From Lytechinus pictus (taxonomy: Eukaryota), in contig NC_087251.1 of assembly GCF_037042905.1 (NCBI RefSeq), forward strand, positions 43,030,001-43,094,000: a DNA stretch of 64,000 nucleotides. Direction: 5' to 3'. Positions within the stretch are counted from its first letter, which is position 1, and the number at the start of each line of letters is the position of its first letter. The translations under genes were made by a program, and so were the position numbers. This document shows, piece by piece, positions 37,764-50,673 of this stretch. The notes beneath the pieces were generated by a model. The model had not been told where the DNA came from and did no database searches. It worked only from the letters and a program-made list of their open reading frames with translations.

Positions 37764-39198
37764 TATAATACCAAGACTTCACATTGCCTTTCATTTCATC
37801 AGAGTCAATTAATCTAGGAAAATATCCACAAATGACCACCTCGAACAAGATCCATTGAGAATTCCTCTAATGCCACTACGAAGAGGCCATCACTCTCACA
37901 AGATATCAGCGTTTGTGAGTCCAAGAAGTGTGTGAGTTTCATGAGGTTTTGAAGAGCTCCGGATATCAAGTTGAAAGGAGCACCATTCCTTGTGGTCAGA
38001 CAGTACTTGAAGATTATCGCAACATTACCAGATTCCAAACACCAAATATAAAGATGTCACATGCAACTTTAACAAACTTCTGGAAGTCAGTATCCCTCTC
38101 TTCAAACATACGTTGCCTGTTCCTCATTCTTCTCTTTGTGCAGAACAAAATGGTTACCTGCGTCAATTTGGAGTGCAATCCAGTTTTGATCGATCTTGAC
38201 AAATGTCACCGAGCTTAAAAGCCATATTGGCTAAACCGCTCCATCAATATTTCAAATATCAATATGGGTCAACTTGAAACACTATACTGGCAAGGCTCTA
38301 GAAATCAAAATTTGACATTGCACTTCTAAAACAAGATTCCAGACTTACATATATTACTTTGATTGAAGGAGATTTTTTTTTTAACACACCGTAGAAAAAC
38401 CATTCAGGTGCATAATCCTCATAAAAATGGGTGAAAAATTCATATCCGAAGTTAAAGATTTGGGCAAACAAACCTATATTGAGAATCTACCTTATCATCA
38501 CATATCTTAACATTCGTGCAGTCCACATTATCTCTTCTCATTCTGTGATTTCATGATGGATACACACTCGGCACACCTTATGTTTCTGGTGGTGCCATCG
38601 GCTCTAGCAAAACATGAGGTTCAAGAAGGTAAATGGTGAAATGACCGCGATAAAGTTTAAAAATATTAATTCAAATTAGTCTGACCCCAAAAATAACACA
38701 TAGGGAAAAAGAGAATAAATATTTTGCACCATAATTCACATTGCTCTATCATTGCTCTGCAATTAAAAAAAAAAACTAGATCAAAGTCTGTATATAGAAA
38801 TATATATATATAAATTTCTTATAAAAAATTGTTTATCCTTTTATCAAATTATTAAATCAGTCATGGCAAATATCATGTTGCAACAATGTGAAACAAAGAT
38901 AAAGTCCGAACAGCTAGAACAGATAGTACTTGGAGGTATATAAAGAAAGACTGTAATCAATGGATTGACACATACCCAACAAAAGGATACAGGGATGGGA
39001 AGATATAAATGTAAAGGTCAAAAGAAGGGATTACAGTCATTAATTAAAGAGAGAAAATCCTGATATGGGGAAAATTGCCACCCAATATTTTCACAAATGT
39101 TTTTGCCATCAGTACATAATTACTGGAAAACCGATTGCATTGTCTTGCATACTCTAGGCTACACAAAATATCATTGAAATCATTATTAAAGCACTTAC

Positions 39199-39427
39199 AT
39201 TGTGGTCAGTTGTATACCATGCACAACAGTGACCAGTGCCCTTCTCTGCATACTGAAAAATAGATCTCTCGGTAGTGACGTCACTAATTGTGTGATTCTG
39301 GCAGGAAGATCCCAGCTCAAACCAGACAGGAAGCCATGTTTGTAAGGTTTAGGGCCTACCACCATCAATCAAAGAGGTCAACTGCTACGGTCCTGCAACT
39401 TGAATAAATCTTCCAGGCTGCTGGTCT
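39199..39427 (-). pseudogene. Decayed or unannotated coding exon, inverted paralogue of 34154-34383
   Basis: FELGSSCQNHTISDVTTERSIFQYAEKGTGHCCAWYTTDHN followed by an intact donor gtaagt; in-frame stops further upstream. Confidence 0.5.
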
Positions 39428-39659
39428 TACATAATTTTATAAAAAAATAAGTATAAAATCATGAATATAAAACAAGTACATAGTACAGACAAGCAAACAT
39501 TATTGGGCAGGTCCAAGCTATCTGGCATTATATGTGACATAAGACATTTGTCTCTTATGTGACATAAGAGACAAATCAAAGAAGTGTTTCACAAATATTT
39601 GAGAGTGACCAAAAAATCGCTCTCAATTTCTACTTGCATGTGGAAAGTAACAGATCACC

Positions 39660-40321
39660 CCCGGGGGGGCCACTTACATTGACGAGTGGATACCATGCGC
39701 GACCAAAAAAACACGTAAAAAGGATGTCATTTTCAAGATAGGGCACGTTACGTACGTAACGTGATAAGGGTGTCAAAAACACAAAAATATTGAAAAAAGG
39801 GTATCTATTTCGCTCGGAAAAATATACGTGTTTAGGGTCAAATATGCGGGGATGATAAAACAAAATCAAAATGTTTTATAAAGGATGTCCTTTTTGCCCC
39901 AACACTACGTGTTTAGAGTCCGATTTGCGCGAGGTGTGGAAGGTGGGGCTGTACTAAACCAAAATAATGGTGTCTAAAGGTAAAACCGACGGACGCGTGA
40001 CATAATCAATAAAATATCTCTGTACTTGTTTAGGGGTCATTTCAGGGAATACTTGCTAAGGGTATCGTTTTTTTCCAATACTTGTTAAGGGGTGCATTTT
40101 CAGAATATGGAAAATACATCGCTGTACTTGTTTAGGGGCTCAGTTCTGGGAATACTTGCCAATAGTATTTGTTTCCAATACTTGTTAAGGGTAGGGTTTC
40201 ACACGCCAATACTTGTTAAGGGGTGCATTTTCAGAATGTGGAAAATACGTGTTTAGGGTGCTTTTCAAGACCCCGTGGTCGCGCATGGTATCCACTTGTC
40301 GATGGAAGTGGCCCCCCCGGG
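39660..40321. mobile_element. Non-autonomous DNA transposon with 8-bp TSD and CCCGGG termini
   Basis: TSD AGATCACC at 39652-39659 and 40322-40329; ~45-bp TIR; internal aatacttgttaaggg subrepeats; eroded copy at ~10430-10890. Confidence 0.88.
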
Positions 40322-41194
40322 AGATCACCATATTGATTGGATCACCCACAGAAGATGCACTCTATGGCGTATGAATCAATGAGACTGCAAATTAAATATC
40401 ATATGCACATTAACAATTAGGCAGGACTTTCAGTCAGATTAATATATTCATGTAACGGTTCCAAGAATTATTTTGCTAGATTCATAAACACCATGACTAT
40501 ATACTCTGGATATAATGAAACAAAAAGAAAAATACATCACTAGCAGTCTAGCACGATATATTACTGGGACTAATGAAACTTTGATATAAATTAGATGGAT
40601 TCATGATCTTTGTCACACCCATACGCCAGATGTAAGTTTGAAGTTGAATCTTCACACGGTTATTTATTTTTTCATGAAGGATATTTTGGGGTAAAAAATG
40701 ACCTCTGTGACCTTTGACCTTTTGCATCTTGCACATCTTTGGACCAATTTAGTTTACTTTTTCAGGTTACTTCTTTTAATCTGATATTTTGTCAAAAAGA
40801 TATTCTTTCCAAAACATGTGTTATCCTGCAAAGAAATTTTCCTGGGTGTTTGTTGTTGTTGTTTTAATTCGTGTTAATGACATCATTGAATCCTTTGAAA
40901 TAACAAATTTCATCATCTATGCAGATGATACAAAAATATTTTGTAAAATTAAAATAAAAAATAGACTGAATTAGCTTAGAACAAACTTTGCTATTCCTGC
41001 ATTTGAAATAATCTTAATCTCTAATTTAGAATATGAAATTTTTTTTTTTCATAAACTCTTTTTGTATCATAATGATTTATGAAACTGGACAGAACACATT
41101 AATGATATTCATGGAAAATAAGTGTATATGATGCTATTGTGCTGCATTGCGCACAAATTCAAATGGGGGGGGGGGGGTGGGGGTCTTTGTGTTA

Positions 41195-41783
41195 AAGGGG
41201 AACGCAAGTCATAAACCATGGTGAAGCCCTCTGTGGAACTTTCAAGCAGCCTGCAGAAAAAAACTAATGTCAAAGAAACTCTTGTATCTCTTTTTTTTTT
41301 ATTTAACTTTTCTAATCTTAAATTTTGACAGTATGAAGAAGCTAATTTTTTTCATTTGAGGATCAAATTTACTATTTTGGCCATTTACAGAGAAGCTTCC
41401 CTGGCAACTTATTGTTGCTTTGTGGGTGGCTGGTCACATGAAAAAGCAATTGCAAATAGAATCTGAAAAATAATAATAATAATTGACGCAGAGCCATCAA
41501 GATGCAAAGTAAATTTTCACTTTGAACATATAAGTGTAATACTAGTACATGACGTTTATTTGGATTAACAATCAAGAGACCAGTTAAGAGTCTAGGACGA
41601 AGGAATGAAGAGAACTTCGGCAACTCAAAATAAATGACGACCCTGGGATGGGTTGAATTTGCGCTTCCCAATTTTTGATTTCATTAATTCAGTATAGTAT
41701 TATTACTGTGTGCTTAAAGTAAACAAGCCTTTTGCAAATTGCTTACGATCCAATTTCCCCATGGTCCGGGACTTACGTTCCCC
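41195..41783. mobile_element. TTAA-flanked MITE (aggggaacgcaagtc...gacttacgttcccct)
   Basis: 15-bp imperfect TIR and TTAA TSD. Confidence 0.7.
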
Positions 41784-42032
41784 TTTAAACAATTATTCTA
41801 TGACAAGTAGATCCAGGGTAAAAAAACAGAGATAATATTCATTCGGGGAAAACTCTGGAAAACCTTTGGGTCCACTTTTGCAGAATAGTAAACACAAATA
41901 CTAACTTCATGTAAACCGAGTTAACTCCACAAAAACCTACAAGTCATAATTAATTATAAACCTCACAATACTTGAAAATCATTTGTAACCTTGTGAACAT
42001 ATCATTTTCTCCTAGTAATCATGCCCTACATA

Positions 42033-45000
42033 TAGTCTAGGAGATGGGGGGCTTTATTCAGAATTTTTGGTGGGGAAGGTTTGACAGGCTTATCCGGGGT
42101 AAAATTGTGTGCTGATTCCAAAAATGTCAGTCTTATTGACCGTACTCACGACATTTTAGCCATTTTGGCCAATTTTATTGACCAAAAATGACCAATTTGA
42201 CCATGCTTTGGAAAATGGTCCCTTAACAGAATGCTTATGTGCCCACATCCAATTAAAAGGGTCTATCCTAAGTAAAAATTCACCCAGATTTGAGATAAAG
42301 TGGTTTCATTTGCCAAATCACAATAGAAGTGGTCATTTTGGCCACGTTTTGACCAAAAATGACAATTTTCCTGAATTTTTTGTCCGAAATGTGTTACACA
42401 TATTAATCAGAATTACGATTGGATGTCTTTAGAAATCCACATTTATTTTTAAAATGTGCGCTAGATCATAACAATCAACCTCATGTAATTTATTCCGTCA
42501 GTTTTGACATATGAGGGTCATTTTGGGTACTTTAGACATAACTGACCATTCGCTCAGTTTTGCATAATAAACTGTGCAAATCGGAAGGAATTTGAGGTCT
42601 TCAGCTTGTTTTATATTCTTCCCTTGTAAAATGGGAATGCACTTAAAGATCTGTCTTGTGTAGAATTCTATGTTGATTCCAAATATATCAGTCTTAATGA
42701 CCTTATCCAAGAGCTTATGTCATTTTGGCCACTTATGGCCCTCAAAATGACCAATGACATCAGTTCAATTTATTTAAAAATATTTTCAATGTTACCAGAA
42801 TCGTAACAAGCCTGTGATGTGACACCAAATATTGATGTGTTAATTCTTTAAATTGAACATCTCAAAAAGTATTTTGATCTCATGTAACTTATTCCATCAG
42901 GTTTGACATAATTGTGAGGGTCATTTTGGGTATTTTAGACATTACTGACCATTCGCTCAGTTTTGCAATATAAACTGTTCAAATAGGCAGGAAATTTAGG
43001 TCTTTAGCATGTTTTTCTTCTTCCCTTATAAAATTAAATGCATTAAAAAGTCCTTCTTGTGTAGAATTTTATGCTGATTCCAAATATATCAGTCTTATGA
43101 CCCTATTCAACAGCGTGTGGTCATTTTGACCACTTCTTGCCCTCAAAATGACCAATGACATCAGTTCAGTTTATCCAAAAATACTTTAAATGTTACCAGA
43201 ATCGTAACAAAGTGTGTGCTGTGGCACCTAACATTGGTGTATTAATCCTTTGAATTGAACATCTCAAAAGTATTTTGACCTCATGTAAGTGACCTAGGGT
43301 CATTTTGGATACTATAGACATATATGTATCTGACCATTCGCGCAGTTTTGCATAATAAACTGTGCAAATAGGTGGGGATTTTAAGGCCTTCAGCGTATCT
43401 TTTCTTCTATGGAAATGCATTTAAAGGTCAATCTTGTGTAGAATGTTATGCTGACTCCAAATATATCAGTCTTAACAAGCCTATTAAATAGCTTATGGTC
43501 ATTTTGGCCACTTTTTGTCCCTCAAAATGACCAATTCCATCAGTTCAATACTGAAATTTATCCCCCAAAAAAATTGAATGTTACTACAATCGTTACAAGG
43601 AAGTGCCGTGACACCTATCACTGGTGTTTATGAATCCTTTAAATTGAGCATCCAAAAAGTATTTTGAACACCTTGGTCATTTTGGCCACATTGACCACTA
43701 CCCAATGTGTATACTAATTAAGCCTATATCGAACATGGCGAGGAGACATTCAGGATTGCGTTAAAATTAGCATCAATTATTGTTAAATGTGAATAGTTTG
43801 AAAGTTACGGGGTGTAAATCAATGCAATGATTCCATATAAGCCAGTGTTATTGGCCTATTACTATTGGACCCTGTGGTCATTTTGATCATTTTTTCCTCA
43901 ATATGACTAGTAACCACACATTCTTTGGTTTGAAAAGGGCTCAAATGTTGCTTAATATCATTATCAGCGTGAGCTACGACAACAATAATCAAAAGTGTTG
44001 AAAAATATGATAAAACCTTCAAATCGAGTACCTATACATAAGGTTGTTTGACCATGCACTTTGGTCATTTTCATGATTTTAGGCTCACTGACCTCTTCGT
44101 AAATATTAATGGAAACTTCAATTATAGCGGGTAGCAAATTCAGGAATTAGATATTTTTACATAATTTAATGCTAGATAGGACATATAACCAAACTTTCTG
44201 AAGTAGATTAATACAATGATTCCAAATATATCAGTCTTAATGACTATTTACAAACTAGTGGTCATTTTGGTCGCTTTTGGTCCCTGCAATTACCAATTAC
44301 AATTGCATGAATAAAAAAAATCAAATTTTGTTGTGTATTTTTGAATCAGTGACAAATCGTTTAATTCAATATGGTATGATCAATGGTACATAATCAAAAT
44401 TTGACAATTTTGGTCATTTTGGCTACTTTGACCATTTATCCAATGTGTGAATTTTGAAATAAACATGATTGAGCAGCAATTGTAGGTCTATGAAAGTGTG
44501 TTCAATCCCTTTTATTGAAAATATTTAAAGGCTCACCTTGAGTAAGAATTGTACCAAATATCTTGCGACTGTTTACCGTGGCCCCTTTGGTCACTGTATG
44601 GTCCTAAAAAGCCAGCAATATTTACCTTCTTTAAAGTCAAATTATACTGAGAATCTTTACAAAGCAATATTGGTCACAGTGGACTTCATTAAGAGTTTTG
44701 ACCATCATTCATTTTGACCATCTTGGAGTTTTTTGTACAACGCTTCAAAAACCTCATATTTACCCTGAATTCTTTTGAAGAAATGCTTGGTAATAAAACA
44801 CATTCTATATGAAATTATTCTCTGTGCCGATTTTTGGCCACTCTAACAATTTAGGGCAAGTTTTCCACTTTCAACTTCACCAATCATGCCAATGTGAGGT
44901 TTGTGAAACATTATACATATGGCAAAGGTGGTAGAATGCATGATAGTTAAATCTATTCATGAAATTCACTTTGACCAATTGCTTTGTAATGACGCACCTT

Positions 45001-48000
45001 TGAATTGAGGATTAGTGCCTTCATCCAGAACATATGGAATGATGTTCTGGCTGTTGAAGGACCAGGCAGTGACCAATTGGGCCACAATAGACCGTAGATA
45101 GGTATTTGGAAAAAAAGTTACTCAATGTGAGCTTGTAATATTTCTAATCGAAAGGGATTGAACGCATTTGCATAATTGCTCCACAGTCATGTTTATTTAC
45201 TGCTAAAGTTATACACTGCAAAAACTCTGCATGGTGTTGATTTATCATTAGCCCGGAATTTATATATGTCCACACCAGATAAGTATTGAAACAACACCAG
45301 TTTTGAATCAAGCCGATGCTGTTTTAATATGCTGTTGTATAAACACCTTTCTGGTGTTAGACCAAAACGTAACTGGTGCTGTTTAACACTTCTCTGGTGT
45401 GGACATATATAAATTCCGGGCTGGTGTTAAATCAACACCGGAGTTTTTGCAGTGTACATTATATAAAATGGTCAAAGTGGCCCAAATGACCAAAATGGTC
45501 ACAACATTTTGATTACGTACTGTTAGTAATATTATATTGAAATCAATAAGTAATTCGTCACTTATTATAATTGATATAAAACATCTTATTAACAACACAG
45601 AGCAACAACAACATTTGAATCTTTTTTGATACATTTAGATGTCATTGGTCATTGTCGGGACCAAAATGACCACTAGCTCATAAATGGTCATTAAGACTGA
45701 TATATATATATGGAATCATTAAATTAATCTACTTCAGAAAGTTTAGGGTTATGTCCTAACACTGAATGATGCTAAAATGTCTCATTCCTGAATTTGCTGT
45801 CCCATATATGTGAAGTTTCTATTTACATTTACTATATGGTCAAGGTGGCTAAAATCATGAAAATGACCACAGTGCATAGTCAAACACCTTATATGCTCGA
45901 TGTAAAGGATTTTATCACATTTATCAACACTCTTCACTGATTATTGGTAGTTCTTGCTGATAATGATACTAACCAACATTTGAGCCCTTTTTTAATCATC
46001 AAAGCATGAATGGTCTCTGGTGAGGATAAAGTGGTCAAAATGACCACAGGGTCCAATAGTTAGGCCAATAACACTGGATTATGTGGAATGATTGTACTGA
46101 TTTTCACCTAAAAGCTTTCAAACTTTCCCCATTTAACAATAATTGAAGCTAATATTAACGCAGTCCTGATTGTCTCCTCACCATGTTCGCTACAGGCTGA
46201 ATTAACATTCACATTGGACAGGGGTCAAGCCCAGGGGTCAAGGTGGCCAAAATGACCAAGGTAGTCAAAATACTTTGGGGATGTTCAATTTCAAGGTTTC
46301 TTACACAAATGTTAGATCCTACAGCACACCCTTGTTACGATTCTGGTAACATCCGAAGTATTTTTTGATAAAATGAACTGATGTCATTGGTCATTTTGAG
46401 GGCAATAAGTGGCCAAAATGACCATAAGCTGTTGAATAGGGTAATTAGGATTGACATATTTGGAATCAGCATAAAATTTTACAAAGGTTAGAACCTTAAA
46501 TGCATTCCCATCTTATAAGAGAAGAATATAATACACGCTGAAGACCTCAAATTCTTGCCTATTTGAACAGTTTATTACGCAAAACTGCGCGAATGGTCAG
46601 TAATGTCTAAAGTACCCAAAATGAACCCATATGTCAAAACTGATGGAATAATTTACATGAGGTCAAAATATTTTTGAGATGTTCAATTTAAAGAATTAAT
46701 ACACCAATATTTGGTGTCACAGCACACCCTTGTAACGATTCTGGTAACATTCAAAGTATTTTTTGATTAATTGAACTTATGTTATTGGTCATTTTGAGGG
46801 CCATAAGTGGCCAAAATGACCATAAGCTGTTGAATAGGGTAATTAGGATTGACATATTTGGAATCAGCATAAAATTTTACACAAGATAGACCTTAAATGC
46901 ATTCCCATCTTATAAAGGAAGAAAATAATACACGCTGAAGACTTCAAATCTTTGCCTATTTGAACAGTTTATTACGCAAAACTGAACGAATGGTCAGTAA
47001 TGTCTAAAGTACCCAAAATGACCCTCAAATGTCAAAACTGATGGAATTAGTTACATGAGATCAAAATACTTTTGAGATGTTCAATTTAAAGAATTAATAC
47101 ACCAATATTTGGTGTCACGGCACACCTTTGTAACGATCCTGGTAATACTGAAACATTTTTAGATAACTTGAACTGTTATTGGTCATTTTGAGGGCCATAA
47201 GTGGCCAAAATGACCATAAGCTGTTGAATAGGGTAATTAGGATTGACATATTTGGAATCAGCATAAAATTTTACACAAGATAGACCTTAAATGCATTCCC
47301 ATCTTATAAAGGAAGAAAATAATACACGCTGAAGACTTCAAATCTTTGCCTATTTGAACAGTTTATTACGCAAAACTGAACGAATGGTCAGTAATGTCTA
47401 AAGTACCCAAAATGACCCTCAAATGTCATTTTGAGGGCCATAAGTGGCCAAAATGACCATAAGCTGTTGAATAGGGTAATTAGGATTGACATATTTGGAA
47501 TCAGCATAAAATTTTACACAAGATAGACCTTAAATGCATTCTCATTTTATAAGGGAAGAATATAAAACAAGCTGAAGACCTCAAATTCCTTCCGATTTGC
47601 AGTTTATTATGCAAAACTGAGCGAATGGTCAGTTATGTCTAAAGTACCCAAAATGACCCTCATAGGTCAAAACTGACGGAATAAATTACATGAGGTTGAT
47701 TGTTATGATCTAGCGCACATTTTGAAAATAAATGTGGATTTCTAAAGACATCCAATCGTTACGGTAGTTCTGATCAATATTTGTAACACATTTCGGACAA
47801 AAAATTCATGAAAATTGTCAATTTTGGTCAAAACATGGCCAAAATGACCACTTCTATTGTGATTTGGCAAATGAAACCACTTTATCTGGAATCTGGGTGA
47901 ATTTTTACTTAGGATAGACCCTTTTAATTGGATGTGGGCACATAAGCATTCTGTTAAGGGACCATTTTCCAAAGCGTGGTCAAATTGGTCATTTTTGGTC

Positions 48001-48145
48001 AATAATTGGCCAAAATGGCTAAAATGTTGTGAGTACGGTCAATAAGACTGACATTTTTGGAATCAGCACACAATTTTACCCCAGATAAGCCTGTCAAACC
48101 TTCCCCACCAAAAATTCTGAATAAAGCCCCCCATCTCCTAGACTA
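42033..48145. mobile_element. 6.1-kb foldback non-autonomous DNA transposon, Academ-like
   Basis: Ends TAGTCTAGGAGATGGGGG...CCCCCATCTCCTAGACTA; TSD ATA at 42030-42032 and 48146-48148; mirror symmetry runs almost to the centre; ~395-bp internal tandem units. Confidence 0.9.
45214..45454. mobile_element. CACTG..CAGTG MITE with TA flanks, nested in the foldback element
   Basis: ta|CACTGCAAAAACTC...GAGTTTTTGCAGTG|ta; ACACC subrepeats. Confidence 0.85.
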
Positions 48146-48556
48146 ATAGTATACATCCATTAATGAAACAACAGATACTTCAGATAATTTGGAAAGTCAG
48201 CAAATAATAAGGGACAGTGATTTTCTGTTTACCGGTAAATCAAAACGAAAAATCTGTTTTGGTTCTATACTTTTAAGGAGAAGACTCATTGCAAAATGGA
48301 ATTCATGGTTTTTATGTGTACGTTTTCTCTCAAAAACAGAATTTCATTCTCAATCAAGTTTGAAACAGAATAAAAGGTTTCAAGAAAGAGAAAAGGATTT
48401 TTTTTTAAATTTAAACTGAAAATCACTGTTCAGAGATAATAGCTTGGACCTGCTTCTTTGAGATGCACAAAAGTCATCATAAAATACCTAAAAATGGGTT
48501 CATGACAGTGTTGGAAAATTCACAAAATTGAACACTTTGGGGTGCTAATATTGTCT

Positions 48557-49545
48557 AACAAGTGGAATGCCTCTGGAGTCTCACCTGCATTACGCGATTC
48601 AATATAGCAGCAGTACTGACTTTGAAAACTACTATAAAATAATTATTCACAAAAAACACCATTCATATAATGATACAATACTACGTTCATTGACATTTGA
48701 CCTTGATCATGTGACCTAAAACTTGTCAGTGAAAATTGATTACCCAAATATCCACATTTTATACACTATACCCATAAACTTTTAAAGTTATGACAGCAAT
48801 CTAATAATTACCTCTAAAATGGCCAAAGTTCAATGACCTTAAATGACCTTTGACTTTGGTCATGTGAACTGAAACTCGGACAAAATGTTCAAAGATACTT
48901 GATTATGTCCAAGTTTCATGAATCAGATCCATAAACTTTCAAAGTTATGATGGTAATTCAACAGATACCCCCACATGGCCAAAGTTCATTGACCTTTGAT
49001 CTGGGTCATGTGACCTGAATCTCGCAAAGGATGTTCAGTGATACTTGATTACTTTTATGTCCAAGTTTCATGAATCAGATCCATAAACTTTCAAAGTTAT
49101 GATGGTAATTCAACAGATACCCCCAACTTGCCAAAGTTCATTGACCCTAAATGACCTTTGACCTTGGTCATCTGACTTGAAGTTCAGGCGGGATGTTCAG
49201 TAATACTTGATTAACCTTATTTTCAACAAGTTTCATGAACTAGGTCCATATATTTTTTAAGTTATGATGACATTTCAAAAACGTTACCTTAGGTTAAGAT
49301 TTTGATGTTGATTCCCCCAACATGGTCTAAGTTCATTGACCCTAAATGACCTTTGACCTTGGTCATGTGACTTGAAACTCAGGCAGGATGTTCAGTAATA
49401 CTTGATTAACCTTATTTCAAGTTTCATGAACTAGGTCCATATACTTTCTAAGTTATGCTGTCATTAAAAAAATTTAACCTTTGGTTAAATTTTGGTGTTG
49501 ACCCCGCCGCCGCCGTCGGAAAAGCGGCACCTATGAGACAAAAAT
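48557..49545 (-). mobile_element. HINE-like element, near full length
   Basis: acaagtggaatgcctctggagtctcacctgc...tandem units...gccgccgtcggaaaagcggc. Confidence 0.75.
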
Positions 49546-50204
49546 TAAGGCAAAGATAATGAAAAGGTCAAAAGGAAGTCTGCAGATTAGCAAGAAGTAC
49601 GATCATTCGTATTGATCATTTTATGCCATTTTGGCGCAAGCCTCCTTTTTAACCCCACACAAAAAAACATTCCATGTTCGCTCAAGCATGAACGAAACTA
49701 AATTTATCGAATGGCATTTGAAAGACTTCAGAGCACCTATTAACACCAAAATATAGTCATCAAAATTTGAAAAAAAAACTTAATAGACTTTTCAAATCTG
49801 TCCCGTTTTTTTATACGCACTGTAAAATTATATTTGGCTCGACTACAAGTCATAAGCCTACATGGGGTGAGTTCCTTTCAAACACTTTGTTGCTGAGTTG
49901 TCCCTACACTCTATACAAAGTTTCTCTAGTCCAAATATGATTAAAGCAGAGTGGTTCCAACTGAATGCACATCTCTTCATCTCCCCTGTAGACAGGCTTC
50001 ACGAATATCCCGCATGAATGAAATTCCATCGCGTCCAGTAGCCTCTGCATAGCTCGACCTTCCACAAGTCTAGCAACTGCCCCACTCAAAGCATCATTTC
50101 AGACCAGGATATGGAAAGCGTGTTTCTACATCTTCTAAGTCAGAATTTGACTAAGTCAAACAGATTTGTGTCGTTCCAAGAGGTTTGACTTCGGCACTTT
50201 CCCC

Positions 50205-50530
50205 TATACTTTCATGTTTCACAGGAACTGTGCAATGGTATGGATTTTACCTTGTGAGTGACCATCAGGGTCAATCGTCACCAGGATGGGTTTTCACCTG
50301 TACTGTCATGTTGTACAAGAACTGCAATGGAATGGATATGACCTTGTAAGCGACCTTGAGAGTGACCTTCTGAGCGACCTTGAGAGTCAATGGTCACCAG
50401 GATGGGTTTTCACCCGTACTTTCATGTTGCACGGGAACTATTGCAAAGGTATGGAAGCAACTTCGTGAATAACCTTGTAAGCAACCTTGAGAGCGACCTC
50501 CTGAGTGACCTTGAGGGTCAATGGTCATCA
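50205..50530 (-). repeat. Three ~90-130-bp tandem units with 12-nt subrepeats in the proximal CRNKL1 3'UTR
   Basis: Recurring gtcaat(c/g)gtcaccaggatgggttttcacc and gaccttgagagt blocks. Confidence 0.8.
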
Positions 50531-50541
50531 ACTTGGGTTCC

Positions 50542-50673
50542 TCATGAGTTGTCATTGGTTTCAGCCATCTTCTGTTTCCACATCTTAGCCATAGCAAGCA
50601 GCTTGAGGTTGGACTGGTTCGTTTCGTCTGAGGGGAAGATGTAGTCGTAGTACTCCTCCCATCCTGCATCCGA
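50542..50673 (-). CDS. CRNKL1: CRNKL1 last coding exon ([14 protein letters not shown]...NDNS*)
   Basis: Conserved C-terminal motif; TGA at 50544-50542. Confidence 0.96.
   Translation of the reverse strand, partial: SDAGWEEYYDYIFPSDETNQSNLKLLAMAKMWKQKMAETNDNS

Noticed and set aside
42178..48002. Duplicated 84-86 aa protein MTKNDQFDH...
   Set aside because: Non-ATG chance ORFs mirrored by the palindrome arms; no recognisable domain
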